Shown: positions 62,988 through 64,000 of the stretch, one piece after another
Numbering within the stretch: the stretch's first letter is position 1
Layout: each line of letters begins with the position of its first letter
Source: Yuukianura sp. NJ FZ-2021
Lineage: Eukaryota
Direction: 5' to 3'
Length of the DNA stretch: 64,000 nt
Assembly (NCBI GenBank): GCA_046563655.1
Contig: CM102283.1
Location: 9,300,001 to 9,364,000 of the forward strand
Notes under the pieces: generated by a model
The model's input: the letters and a program-made list of their open reading frames with translations, nothing else
Database searches by the model: none
What the model was told of the DNA's origin: nothing
Position numbers and translations under genes: made by a program

Positions 62988-63675
62988 CTAAATTTCAAAA
63001 TTTCGAAAAAAAATCAATTTTTTTAAAATTTCAATTGAAAAGAACTAAAAAGGAAGAATTGAAACTGAAATTCCCTTGTGCTGGGCAATTGTTCTCTCTA
63101 ATTGGCCATTCGAGACTCACTTTCTCCACTTTCTCCAAAATTCTTTTAGATTCTGCTAGACTTAAGTTTCCAAATTAAGAACACAGTGTCTACGCTAATG
63201 GTTTTTCAATTTTTAAAAAAAGTTTGAAAAGTTTCTTTTCTGAAATTGTTTTTGAAAAGTATCGATTGTAATAAGTTTTGGTAGACTTTGACGGCTGGAG
63301 ATCGATTTCAAGAAATTGACAAGTTTCTAGGCAAACTTTTTCTACTTTTTTCTCTTTTTTCTCCAAAAAGTGACAGAACACGAGGAAGATGAAGACTAAT
63401 CGTTGGTTGCCTCCATTTTGAAAGTGTTTTCCAACTTAAAAAACAGTGTGAAACATGAAAACGAGTAAAATCAATCATGAAATCGTTTCTACCTCAACAT
63501 CTCCTTTGATTTATTACAAAATGTCACGTCATTCACATATTTCTCACTTCAAAACAAAAACAAATGAGACAAAGTGTTATAATAAAACTCAAATAAAACA
63601 CAAAGTGTTATAGAAACGCACCCAGTAAAAAAACACTCACTCATTTCTCCTCAATGCGAATATTCCAAGAATCCT

Positions 63676-63689
63676 GTTGTCATAGCAAC
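63676..63689. promoter_or_regulatory. RFX X-box (identical 14-mer to 7728)
   Basis: GTTGTCATAGCAAC. Confidence 0.55.
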
Positions 63690-63921
63690 CGCACAAATGA
63701 TACAACTTCCAAGAAAATAACAAACAACAACAACATTTTCAGGGATACTGCTCAAGAGAAAGTTGAAAAACAGGAAACTGTGACAAGCAGATTACTTTTC
63801 CAAGCCACTTTTCATTTACAAGTGAAACTTTTCAAAAATTAGTGTCATTTTCGAAATAATTTTTCACATTAGTTCAAATTTTAACACCAAAGTGTCAAAA
63901 ACAAGAAACTGAAGAGAGAAG

Positions 63922-64000
63922 ATGAGTATTTGGACGTGGTGCAGAAACGCTTGTGCTGGAACGAGACGCACAGGAGCAGCAGGAGCTCCGGCGGCTGGAA
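63922..64000 (+). CDS. Possible start of a further nested gene (3' truncated)
   Basis: ATG followed by a GC-rich open frame (MSIWTWCRNACAGTRRTGAAGAPAAG) running to the window end, with an X-box about 245 bp upstream. No homology recognised. Confidence 0.3.
   Translation, partial: MSIWTWCRNACAGTRRTGAAGAPAAG

Overview
AT-rich eukaryotic genomic DNA with many short (~55-110 bp) spliceosomal introns. A hunchback-type gene, a Tweedle cuticle protein, an odorant-binding protein and a Task6-type channel point to a hexapod arthropod; a springtail-like genome is my inference only. Gene order: hunchback-like 3' end (+), Tweedle/DUF243 protein (+), CASC1/DNAI7 with very large Lys/Ser-rich inserts (+), PIH1D1-like (-), pyrroline-5-carboxylate reductase with an N-terminal BED-type zinc finger (+), CAND1 (-), pancreatic-lipase-family enzyme (+), Gly/RGG-rich type I membrane protein (-), OBP (+), ankyrin+SOCS-box protein (-), EBP2 (-), and the last four coding exons of a TASK-type K2P channel (-). 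The 18-kb channel intron hosts two nested genes: a candidate cationic peptide precursor and a GPI-anchored Cys-rich protein. The most unusual items are the BED-finger/P5CR fusion, the protamine-like expanded dynein subunit with an RFX X-box, the nested peptide gene, a Shadoo-like architecture and nine perfect nuclear-receptor DR1 elements. All gene models were spliced by eye, and family calls rest on remembered motifs, not database searches.
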